NCBI GenBank assembly: GCA_965219085.1
Contig: OZ244720.1
Location: forward strand, 640,001 to 704,000
Direction of reading: 5' to 3'
DNA length: 64,000 nt
From: Dehalococcoidia bacterium
GTDB lineage: Bacteria > Chloroflexota > Dehalococcoidia > UBA2979
The notes beneath the pieces are model-generated. The model was not told the DNA's origin. It did no database searches and worked only from the letters and a program-made list of their open reading frames with translations. Positions 29,501 through 38,121 of this stretch are shown in pieces; the first letter of the stretch is position 1, and each line of letters starts with the position of its first letter. The translations under genes and the position numbers were made by a program.

Positions 29501-32500
29501 GTGGCGGCCACCGACACCGACAACGACACCCTGTCCTACTCGCTGGCGGGGACCGACGCCGGCTCGTTCGGCATCGTCTCGGGGACCGGTCAGATCCAGA
29601 CCGCGTCGGGCGTGACCTACGACCACGAGGCCAAGCCGAGCTATGTGGTGACGGTCTCGGTGAGCGACGGCAACGGCGGCACGGACACCATCACCGTCAC
29701 CATCAGCATCACGGACCTGAACGAGCCGCCGTCGGTGCCGGCGGCGCCGGCGATCAGCGACGTCTCGGGCTTCAACGACCGGCTGCAGGTGAGCTGGACG
29801 GCGCCGTCCAACACGGGCAAGCCGGCCATCGACGACTACGACGTCCAGTACCGCACGGGCACGGGGTCGTGGAGTTCCTGGCCCCACACGGGCGCGGCCA
29901 CGACGGCGACGATCACTGGGCTCGAGGCGGGCGCGACGTACGAGGTGCAGGTGCGGGCGCACAACGATGAGGGCATGAGCGCCTGGTCGGCCACGGGCAC
30001 GAAGGGGACCAACACGCCGCCCACGTTCACGGACGGCGCATCGACGACGCGGACCGTGGCGGAGAACACGGGCGCGTCGATGAGCGTGGGCGCGGTCGTG
30101 GCGGCCACCGACACGGACACTCTGACCTACTCGCTGGAGGGGATCGACGCGAGCAGCTTCGCGATCGTCTCGACGAGCGGTCAGATCCGGACCGCGTCGG
30201 GCGTGACCTACGACTTCGAGGCCAAGCCGAGCTACTCGGTGACGGTTAAGGCCGACGACGGCAACGGCGGCATGGACACCATCGCGGTGACCATCAACAT
30301 CAGCGACATGGACGAACCGCCGTCGGCGCCGGCGGCGCCGACGATCAGCGGCGTGTCGGGCTTCAACGACCGGCTGCTGGTGAGTTGGACGGCGCCCTCC
30401 AACACGGGCAAGCCGTCGATCACGGACTACGACGTGCAGTACCGCGAGAGCGGCGTCGGCGCCTGGAGCGACTGGAGTCACACGGGCACGGCCACGACGA
30501 CGACGATCACGGGGCTCGATGCGGGTGCGACGTACCAGGTGCAGGTGCGGGCCGAGAACGATGAGGGCGAGGGCGCGTGGTCGGCCTCGGGCACGCAGGC
30601 GACCAACGCGCCGCCCGCGTTCGCCGGGTCGACGACAACGCGGGCCGTGGAGGAGAACACGGCGGCGGGGATGGGCGTGGGCGCGGTCGTGACGGCCACC
30701 GACGCGGACAACGACACCCTGACCTACTCGCTGGAGGGGACCGACGCGAGCAGCTTCGTGATCGTCGCGAACAGCGGGGGGATCCTGACCAAGTCGAACG
30801 TGACCTACGACCACGAGGCCAAGTCGACCTACTCGGTGACGGTCCGGGCCAAGGACGGGCAGGGCGGCGACGCCACGATCAGCGTGACGATCACGATCAC
30901 GGACGTCGACGAGCCGCCGTCGGCGCCGGCGGCGCCGGGGGTCGCGTTCACCTCGGGCACGACCGACGGCCTGGACGTGAGCTGGGACGCGCCGGTCGAC
31001 ACGGGCAAGCCGCCTCTCACGAGCTTCGAGGTGCAGTACCGCAAGACCAGCGCCAGCACCTGGGCCACTTGGCTTTTCGTCGGCCCGGGCGCGACGGCGA
31101 AGATCAAGGGCCTGGATGCCGGTACGGAGTACGAGGTCCAGGTGCGGGCCAACAACGACGAAGGCATGAGCGCCTGGTCGGCCTCGGGCATGGCGGAGAC
31201 GGACGCCGCCCCGGCCTTCGCGTCGGGCGACTGCCAGTACAACAGCTGCACGGTCACGTTCGGCGAGAGCCTCGACAGCACGTCGGGCAACACGCCGCCG
31301 GTGGGCGCCTTCACGCTCACGGCCGGTGGCGCCAGCCTGACGATCGGCGGCGTCAGCGTCAGCGGCACGACCGTGACGCTGTCGTCCGTGTCCCCCTTCA
31401 TCAGGCAGGGCCAAGCGATCACGCTGGCCTACGCCGACCCCAGCACCAACAACGACACCGCGGCTCTGCAGGACGCCCTGGGCAACGATGTCGCCTCGTT
31501 CAGCGAGACGCTGACCAACAGCTCCCCCTACGACTTCCCCTCGGAGCCGACGCAGCTGAGTGCGCTCCAGAACGGCCGCAACCAGATCGACGTCGAGTGG
31601 ACGGCGCCGACCGACAACGGCGGCGATGCGAACTTCAGCTACCGGTTGGAGGTGTCGACCGACGCTGGCGCGAATTGGACCACGCAGGTCGCCAGTCAGA
31701 CCGCCACCACGTACAACCACACGGGCCTGATGGCGGGCGACACGCGGCACTACCGGGTCTTCACGGTCAACATCATCGGCGACAGCCGGGCCTCCAGCAC
31801 GGCCAGCGCCACCACCAACCGTCCGCCGACGGGCGCGCTGGTGATCGACGGCACGGCCCAGGTGGCCGAGAAGCTGACGGCGAACACGTCCAACATCTCC
31901 GACGCCGACGGCCTGCCCGCGGACGATCAATTCAACTTCCAGTGGCTCCGGGTCGCCGGCGGCAACGAGTTCAGCATCCCCGGGGCCACGCAGTCCAGCT
32001 ACCGGCCGGTCCCGGCCGACCTGGGCCAGACGCTGCGGGTGCGGCTCGACTACGACGACAACGCCGAGTTCGTCGAGACGCTGACCAGCGCGGCGACGGC
32101 GGCGGTGCAAGAGTCCCCCTACGGGGAGATCGTCTGGGCCGCCACGCTCACGGCGGGGCAGGCGGGCACGACCCTCGGCTTCAACAGCACCGGCCCGGTC
32201 GGCTCCTTGGAGGCGAAAACGTTCGCGCCCGGCGCCATCACGGTGAGCCAGCTCACCTACGACGGCGGCGCGGGGACGTTCGCCGTCACGGGCTTGGGTT
32301 CGGGCGACTACATCCTCTATCTCGGCAGCGGGCCGCAAGGCGCGCACGCGCTGATCGTGGATCCGGCGTCGGACGCCGACGACGTCTTCGACTTCTCCAG
32401 CACCGGGCTGAGCTGGAGCGCCGGTCAAGCGGTGGAAGTGCGGCTGACGCTGAACCGCGAGCCCGTGGGCGTGCCCTTGATCAGCGGCGCGGCCGTCGAG

Positions 32501-35500
32501 GGGACAACCCTGACGGCCGGGATCGAGAACGTCACGGACGCCGACGGCCTGCCCGCCTCCGATCAGTTCCGCTACCAGTGGATCGTGACCGACGGGGGGA
32601 CCGAGTCCGAGATCACGGGGGCGACCGGCACGACCTATACGCCGGAGCTGACCGACCTCGGCAAGACCTACACGGTGCGGGTCGACTACACCGACAACGC
32701 CAACTTCCCCGAGTCGCTGACCAGCGCGCCCACGGATCCGATCGAGGTACGCGGGCAGGTCATCTGGTCGGCGGAGCTGACCGTCGAGGGCTGGGGCCCG
32801 ACAGACTCCAGATCGTCGGGTTTCGATGCATCATCCGCGCCCGTCCGTGGGGCGCTGCAGCCGGAGAGCATCACCTACAACAACGTCACCTACCAGGTCG
32901 AATCCCTGTTCTACTTCGGCTTGCGGAACCCGCAGACCGGCAACGTGCTCCGCAAGACGATGTTCTTCTCGACGACCGCCGAGCTGCCGGCGGGCGACTA
33001 TGCCCTCTGGGTGGTGGATGACGACGGCGACGACGATCTGGGCGATCTTCCGTTCATCTTCCCGGCAGCCGATTCGGATGGATTCACTCAGACGCCCACC
33101 GAGCTCGACTGGGAACACGATGACACGGTGGACGTGCGGCTCACGGTCAACCGCCTGCCCGGCGGCGCGCTCACGATCAGCGGCCAGGCCAAGGTGGGCA
33201 CCACGGCGACGGCGGACGTCTCGGGCGTCACCGACGCCGACGGCCTGCCCGCCAGCGGCGAGTTCCAGTACCAGTGGTTCACCGTTGACAGCGGCTCCAA
33301 CACGTTGATCGGCGGTGCGACGGATCAGAACTACACGCCGGTGAGCGCCGATCTCGGGAAGTCGATCAGGGTGCGGCTGCGCTACACCGACGACGCCTTC
33401 TTCACCAACACCGTGTTCAGCGCCGCGGCGGTGGTGGCCTCGGGCACGGGCAACCACCCGCCGCAGTTTTCCACCACCTCCACGTCGCGGCCGTTGACCG
33501 AGAACACGGGGGCGGGCGTGAACGTCGGCGCGGCCGTCAGCGCCAGCGACGCCGACAGCGGCGACAGCCTGACCTACACGCTGGAGGGGACGGACGCCGG
33601 CTCGTTCGACATCGTCTCGACGAGCGGGCAGATCCAGACCAAGACGGGCGTGACCTACGACTTCGAGACGCAGTCGAGCTACTCCGTGACGGTCAAGGCC
33701 GACGACGGCAACGGTGGCACGGACACCGTCGCGGTGACCATCAACGTCGTGAACGTCAACGAGCCGCCGGTGATCAGCGGGGTGTCCAGTGTGAGCTACG
33801 CCGAGGGAGGCACGGCAGAGGTCGCCAGCTACAGCGCGACGGACGAGGAGGGGGCCACGATCACATGGTCGCTCTCGGGCACGGACGCCGGCGACTTCGA
33901 GATCGGCGCCAACAGCGGTGTGCTGACCTTCAAGACCTCGCCGGACCACGACAACCCCGCGGATGGGAACCGCGACAACGACTACGTCATCAGGGTGCAG
34001 GCCTCGGACGGGGCGAACCTGGTTCCGTTCGACGTGACCGTGACCGTCACCGGGGTGGACGAACTCCCGACCATCCCCAGCGGTCCGGCCAGCGTGGACT
34101 ACGCCGAGAACGGCACGGCGGCGGTCGCGACCTACAGCGCGACGGACCCGGAGGGCGACACGATCAGCTGGGCGCTGATAGGCCCCGACGCCGGCGCCTT
34201 CGCGATCGACGCCGGCGGCGTGCTGACGTTCGCCGCTACGCCCGACTACGAGAACCCCAGCGACCAGGGCGGCCAGTCCGGCGACAACGAGTACAGCCTG
34301 CTCGTCGTGGCCTCGGACGCCGGGAACAACACCGCCACGCTGGCCGTGACCGTGACCGTCACGCCCGTGGACGAGACTCCCGTGGTCGGCGGCCAGGCGA
34401 ACGTGAACTACGCAGAGAACGGCACGGCGGCCGTCGCGACCTACAGCGCGGCGGACCCGGAGGGCGACCCGATCACGTGGTCGCTGGCGGGCGCCGACGC
34501 CGGCGCCTTCGAGATCGACGCCACCGGCGTGCTGACGTTCGCCGCCCCGCCCGACTTCGAGAACCCCAGCGACCAGGGCGGCGACAACGAGTACGTCGTG
34601 ACGGTGCAGGCCTTCGACGGGACGAACATGGGCACGCGCGACGTGACCGTGACGGTCACCGACGCCAATGAGGATCCGGTCCTGAGCGGGCCGGCCGGCG
34701 TCGGCCACGACGAGCACGACATGGGCGACGTCGCGGTCTACGACGCGAGCGACCCCGAGGGCGCCATCATCATCTGGACGCTGGCGGGGACGGACAGCGG
34801 GTTCTTCTCCCTCAGCGGCGGCGTGCTGACGTTCAACACGCCGCCCAACTTCGAGCTCCCACAGGACGCGAACTTCAGCAACGACTACGAGATCACGATC
34901 GGGGCCTCCGACGGGGCCAACCCGGTGAGCCGGGCGGTGACCGTCACGGTGGTCGACCTCGAGGAGCCGGGGACGATCAGCCTCTCCTCGCCGCAGCCGC
35001 AGGTCGGGACCGGGCTGACGTCCACGCTCGATGAGCTCGACGCGATTGTCGGCGCCCCCGCCCGGACGTGGCATCGCTCGCCGGACGGGAGCACCGCCTG
35101 GAGCCTCATCACGGGGGCCACGGCGAGCAGCTACACGCCCGTGCAAGGCGATCTGAACTATTACCTGCGGGTGACGGTGTCGTACACCGACACGCACGGC
35201 CCCAAGACGCTGGAGGCCGTCTCGGCGAACGCGGTGCGGCCGGTGCCGACCGGCGCCAACAGTCGTCCCGAGTTCGACGAGGGCTTCAGCACGACCCGAT
35301 CCGTCGCCGAGAACTCGGCCGGCGACACGCTCATCGGCGACCCGGTGGAAGCTACCGACGCCGACCCCGACGACGTCGACGCACTGACCTACTCGTTCTC
35401 GGTCTCGGACCTCTTCACGGTCGACCCCGCCACGGGGCAGATCTCGGTCGCGGAGGGCGCGGTGCTCGACCACGAGGCGCAGCCTTCGCACACGGTCACG

Positions 35501-37792
35501 CTGACCGTCGCTGATCCCGGCCTCCTGGAAGACACCATCGCCGTCACCATCACCATCACCGACGTGAACGAAGCGCCCGTGGCGGTGCGCGACGTCGCCA
35601 CGACCGTCGAGGACACGCCGGTCACGATCGACGTGCTCACCAACGACAGCGACCCCGAGGATGACGCCCTGACCGTCACGGTGAGCACCCCGCCGAGCGA
35701 CGGCCTCGCCGAGGTCGATGCCGCCACCAACGAGATCACCTACAGGCCCAATACCGACTTCGAGGGTACGGACTCGTTCGGCTACCAGGTGACCGACGGC
35801 ATGTTCTTCTCCGCCGAGGCCACGGTCGTCGTGACCGTCACCGCGGTGAACGACGCGCCGGCGTTCCCGGAAGGTTCGGGCGAGCGCGAGGTCTACACGG
35901 GCGCCGCGGTGGACACGAAGGTGGGCGACCCGGTGGAGGCCACCGACCCGGATGTCGGCGACACGCTGACGTACGCACTCTCGGGCATCGACGCGAGCAG
36001 CTTCGAGATCGACGGGGACACGGGCCAGATCACTGTCGGCGCGGACACCGACATCGACCCCGAGGTCCAGGACACCTACGTGGTGACGGTCACCGCCTCC
36101 GACGGCACGCTCATGACGCCGATCGAGGTCACCATCACCGTCACGGAGCGCCCGGCGATCACCACCGGTGGCGGTGGCGGCGGTGGCGGCGGCGGGCCAT
36201 CGCCGAGCGAGTTGGACTTCGAGTGGAACGTGAAGCGCGACCTCGAGGCGCTGGACGGCGGCCACGACACGCCGACCGGCTCCTGGTCCGACGGCACAAC
36301 CCTCTGGGTACTCGAAAACGGCTCCGGCGCCGACGATGCCATCTACGCCTACGACCTGAAGACGGGCGAACGCCTGGAGGAGCGCGAGTTCGAACTCGAC
36401 GAGCGCAACCGTGCGCCGCGCGGCGTCTGGTCCGACGGCACGGTCATCTGGGTCTCCGACAGCGGCCAGGACCGCCTCTTCGCCTACGACCTCGAGACGG
36501 GCGAGCGGCTGCCGGAGCGCGACCTCGAGCTCGATGAGGACAACGGCGCCGCCCGCGGCATCTGGTCCGACGGCGTCACGATGTGGGTGCTCGACAGCCT
36601 CTTCGCCTACGACCTCGGGAGCGGCGAGCTACTCGCCGAGTACGCCCTCGACGACGCTAACGGCGACCCCTACGGGATCTGGTCCGACGGCGTCACCCTC
36701 TGGGTCTCCGACCACGGGGCGAAGCGGCTCTTCGCGTACCGGCTGCCGGAGGCGCCCGGCGGCTCGGTGGCCGACGACGCCGAGGTCACCTCGCTCGTGC
36801 GCATCCGCGAGGAGGAGTTCACGGAGCTGAGCAAGGCCTCCAACAACAGCCCGCGCGGTATCTGGTCGGACGGCGAGGTGATCTACGTGGCCGACGAGAG
36901 CGACGACAAGGTCTACAGCTACAACATGCCCGACGCGATCGACGCGCGCCTCGCCTCGCTCACGCTCAGCGGCATCGAGATCGGGGAGTTCACGGGGGAC
37001 CGCACGGAGTACGAAGGCGTCGCCGCCGAGGGGGTGACGGAGACGACCGTCGAGGCGGAGGCGCTGCAGCGCCGCACGACCGTCCTCATCGAGCCGGCCG
37101 ACGCCGACGGCGACGACACGAACGGCCACCAGCTGGCGCTGGAGGGGGTCACGGAGATCACGGTGACGGTGACCTCGGCGGACGGCAGCCGCACGCGCGT
37201 CTACGGCGTGCGGCTTGAGGGCGGCGCGGCGCAGGAAACGCCCTGGACGCACTGCTTGCGCGGCGACATCGCCGAGGGCTTCAGCCTCGTCGTCTATGAG
37301 GGCGGCAGCGTCGAGGACCTGGCCCTGTGCGCGGAGAGCCGCGATGTCGCGGCCCTCTACGCGCTGCACGGCGGCGTCTACGTCTCGTACATCCTCGGAG
37401 CGCCGGAGTTCGTGAACCAACCGTTCGCCGAGCTGTTCGCCGATGGCGTCCCCCCGGTCATGCCGCTGGTCGCTGGGAGCAGCGGACCGCCATCAGCGGA
37501 CCCGAACCTCGGCGACGGCGCCCTGTTGCCGTGGCCGGAGTGCCTGCGCGGCGAGATCGCCGAGGGCTTCAGCCTCGTCATCTACGAGGGCGGAAGCGTC
37601 GATGATCTCGTGGCCTGCGCGGAGAGCCTGGACGTCACGGCCCTCTACGCCCTGCACGACGACCAGTGGGTCTCCTACATCCTCGGAGCGCCGGAGTTCG
37701 TGAACCGCCCCTTCCGTGAGCTGTTCACTGAGGGCCTGCCCGCCATCGCAGCACTGGTCGCCAGGAGCGAGGGGGCTCCCGCAGCCAACTGA
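26597..37792 (+). CDS. Giant secreted protein G6 (3731 aa): FN3, alternating Ig-like and variable domains, cadherin-FN3 repeats, SwmB-like domain, cadherin repeats, C-terminal module
   Basis: Signal peptide as in G2. Repeats G.PTISGT.QVG.TLTA...YQW...GAT..TY; SwmB-like VTFGESLD...ITLAYADP...LQDALGNDVASFS at ~31207-31520. Confidence 0.92.
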   Translation: MTRIRRPGFPILLAALALGGLMLALSPAGAPPVGAQQGAVPARPAGLTVSAVTHDSVSLGWHDPGDTSITHYQVLRRDRDHDALGAFTMIEENTGSPATSYTDTTVAPERRYAYRVQAVNRHGAGQRSSFAKADTPAAPAAPPAEQQVRATGDATGTISISGTVQVGERLTLSGSSTISDPDGVPSDVTQQLDYQWILNDGTTDADITGATEESYAPVLADLGKFIKLRVSFQDNASNAESLTSAATVAVIASTYGNVIYSAVMTVGTDEAIPFTDLYYRGYNENHIGSLEPLVFSFDGTDYTVTQISTNDLAQSLGVHFDRDPEPYPGLEGGPVGPGFKLYLDGTKFNLTPERINNFFSHSLSWSDGQTVQVRLVPNQAPVGAPTISGNPAVGQTLTADTSAISDPDGPASLTFSYQWVADAGGADESEIAGATGATYTATVADLGTTISVRVDYTDAEDFAESLTSAAVAVVPAGLWLYATLTAGQIMDAGNPNGEIGYVGAPTGTVSGGSLSPTMFTAAGTSHTVETLVFDPDLGSGGGLALQVTGEPPAGFSLGVGSERFAEADSTSLNLGIVSLYSWPPTPAVSGWSVGDEIAVWLAPPNTPATGLPTIGGTVQVGEPLTAGTSAIVDSNGLGGPFSYQWIRSDGTTDTEIEGATAATYTPVFAGEGQFLKVRVSFTDNGGNAEALTSAATVAVAASPYGAVIWAGTMTVELWQGGDSDILGWGRVPFSTPRGDLDQHTFVYDGVTHRWHLIYHKVAGANAGLRLIWEGSFAAVTTGRFNFWAHDDTAFTFDRATVTGSDILLPVMTGEIDWYNFVTRPLQLRLTVDRVGAGDVQVSGTVAVDATVAADVSGLTDPDGLPPASEMSYQWLYGTGADPTTYAVSTGETGSTYTVEAVHAQFSRRLAVRVSFTDGAGFEHTVYSARTGIVADAAVTNAAPTFTDGASTTRAMAENTGASMSVGAVVAATDTDNDTLSYSLAGTDAGSFGIVSGTGQIQTASGVTYDHEAKPSYVVTVSVSDGNGGTDTITVTISITDLNEPPSVPAAPAISDVSGFNDRLQVSWTAPSNTGKPAIDDYDVQYRTGTGSWSSWPHTGAATTATITGLEAGATYEVQVRAHNDEGMSAWSATGTKGTNTPPTFTDGASTTRTVAENTGASMSVGAVVAATDTDTLTYSLEGIDASSFAIVSTSGQIRTASGVTYDFEAKPSYSVTVKADDGNGGMDTIAVTINISDMDEPPSAPAAPTISGVSGFNDRLLVSWTAPSNTGKPSITDYDVQYRESGVGAWSDWSHTGTATTTTITGLDAGATYQVQVRAENDEGEGAWSASGTQATNAPPAFAGSTTTRAVEENTAAGMGVGAVVTATDADNDTLTYSLEGTDASSFVIVANSGGILTKSNVTYDHEAKSTYSVTVRAKDGQGGDATISVTITITDVDEPPSAPAAPGVAFTSGTTDGLDVSWDAPVDTGKPPLTSFEVQYRKTSASTWATWLFVGPGATAKIKGLDAGTEYEVQVRANNDEGMSAWSASGMAETDAAPAFASGDCQYNSCTVTFGESLDSTSGNTPPVGAFTLTAGGASLTIGGVSVSGTTVTLSSVSPFIRQGQAITLAYADPSTNNDTAALQDALGNDVASFSETLTNSSPYDFPSEPTQLSALQNGRNQIDVEWTAPTDNGGDANFSYRLEVSTDAGANWTTQVASQTATTYNHTGLMAGDTRHYRVFTVNIIGDSRASSTASATTNRPPTGALVIDGTAQVAEKLTANTSNISDADGLPADDQFNFQWLRVAGGNEFSIPGATQSSYRPVPADLGQTLRVRLDYDDNAEFVETLTSAATAAVQESPYGEIVWAATLTAGQAGTTLGFNSTGPVGSLEAKTFAPGAITVSQLTYDGGAGTFAVTGLGSGDYILYLGSGPQGAHALIVDPASDADDVFDFSSTGLSWSAGQAVEVRLTLNREPVGVPLISGAAVEGTTLTAGIENVTDADGLPASDQFRYQWIVTDGGTESEITGATGTTYTPELTDLGKTYTVRVDYTDNANFPESLTSAPTDPIEVRGQVIWSAELTVEGWGPTDSRSSGFDASSAPVRGALQPESITYNNVTYQVESLFYFGLRNPQTGNVLRKTMFFSTTAELPAGDYALWVVDDDGDDDLGDLPFIFPAADSDGFTQTPTELDWEHDDTVDVRLTVNRLPGGALTISGQAKVGTTATADVSGVTDADGLPASGEFQYQWFTVDSGSNTLIGGATDQNYTPVSADLGKSIRVRLRYTDDAFFTNTVFSAAAVVASGTGNHPPQFSTTSTSRPLTENTGAGVNVGAAVSASDADSGDSLTYTLEGTDAGSFDIVSTSGQIQTKTGVTYDFETQSSYSVTVKADDGNGGTDTVAVTINVVNVNEPPVISGVSSVSYAEGGTAEVASYSATDEEGATITWSLSGTDAGDFEIGANSGVLTFKTSPDHDNPADGNRDNDYVIRVQASDGANLVPFDVTVTVTGVDELPTIPSGPASVDYAENGTAAVATYSATDPEGDTISWALIGPDAGAFAIDAGGVLTFAATPDYENPSDQGGQSGDNEYSLLVVASDAGNNTATLAVTVTVTPVDETPVVGGQANVNYAENGTAAVATYSAADPEGDPITWSLAGADAGAFEIDATGVLTFAAPPDFENPSDQGGDNEYVVTVQAFDGTNMGTRDVTVTVTDANEDPVLSGPAGVGHDEHDMGDVAVYDASDPEGAIIIWTLAGTDSGFFSLSGGVLTFNTPPNFELPQDANFSNDYEITIGASDGANPVSRAVTVTVVDLEEPGTISLSSPQPQVGTGLTSTLDELDAIVGAPARTWHRSPDGSTAWSLITGATASSYTPVQGDLNYYLRVTVSYTDTHGPKTLEAVSANAVRPVPTGANSRPEFDEGFSTTRSVAENSAGDTLIGDPVEATDADPDDVDALTYSFSVSDLFTVDPATGQISVAEGAVLDHEAQPSHTVTLTVADPGLLEDTIAVTITITDVNEAPVAVRDVATTVEDTPVTIDVLTNDSDPEDDALTVTVSTPPSDGLAEVDAATNEITYRPNTDFEGTDSFGYQVTDGMFFSAEATVVVTVTAVNDAPAFPEGSGEREVYTGAAVDTKVGDPVEATDPDVGDTLTYALSGIDASSFEIDGDTGQITVGADTDIDPEVQDTYVVTVTASDGTLMTPIEVTITVTERPAITTGGGGGGGGGGPSPSELDFEWNVKRDLEALDGGHDTPTGSWSDGTTLWVLENGSGADDAIYAYDLKTGERLEEREFELDERNRAPRGVWSDGTVIWVSDSGQDRLFAYDLETGERLPERDLELDEDNGAARGIWSDGVTMWVLDSLFAYDLGSGELLAEYALDDANGDPYGIWSDGVTLWVSDHGAKRLFAYRLPEAPGGSVADDAEVTSLVRIREEEFTELSKASNNSPRGIWSDGEVIYVADESDDKVYSYNMPDAIDARLASLTLSGIEIGEFTGDRTEYEGVAAEGVTETTVEAEALQRRTTVLIEPADADGDDTNGHQLALEGVTEITVTVTSADGSRTRVYGVRLEGGAAQETPWTHCLRGDIAEGFSLVVYEGGSVEDLALCAESRDVAALYALHGGVYVSYILGAPEFVNQPFAELFADGVPPVMPLVAGSSGPPSADPNLGDGALLPWPECLRGEIAEGFSLVIYEGGSVDDLVACAESLDVTALYALHDDQWVSYILGAPEFVNRPFRELFTEGLPAIAALVARSEGAPAAN
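36203..37792 (+). repeat. Conserved C-terminal module copy 4
   Basis: PSELDFEW...GAPAAN*, with a 12-bp deletion (MWVLD----SLFAY) and a loop insertion (RLPEAPGGSVADDAEVTSLVR). Confidence 0.95.
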
Positions 37793-38034
37793 TCTCCCCG
37801 CGCAACCTGCGTCTGCTGGGCGAGACGTGCGTCCGTGCCGTCGGGTTCGTCGGGCTCCGGGCCACGGGCTCGCGCTCCAGCTCGAGGGGCTCCTCGACCG
37901 TCGCGGGCGGGAAGAAGCGCTGCTGCGGACCGGTGCCCAGCTCCGCCAGACGATGCGGGCGGCTGTCCGCGGGCGACCCCGTTGGACGGAGGCCCGGCGA
38001 CGGCCATGCGCAACACACACCAGGAGGGGACACG

Positions 38035-38121
38035 ATGACTCGCACAGCCAGACCCAGGCTCGCCATCCTGTTCGTCGCCCTGGCCGCGCTGCTCGCACTG
38101 TCCCGCAGGACTACAACGTGA
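38035..38121 (+). pseudogene. Truncated 5' end (RBS plus signal peptide) of a G10-like gene
   Basis: MTRTARPRLAILFVALAALLALS matches the G10 start MAHTARPRLAILFAALAALLALS. Leader similarity 37978-38104 vs 51007-51135 ends abruptly. Confidence 0.8.
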
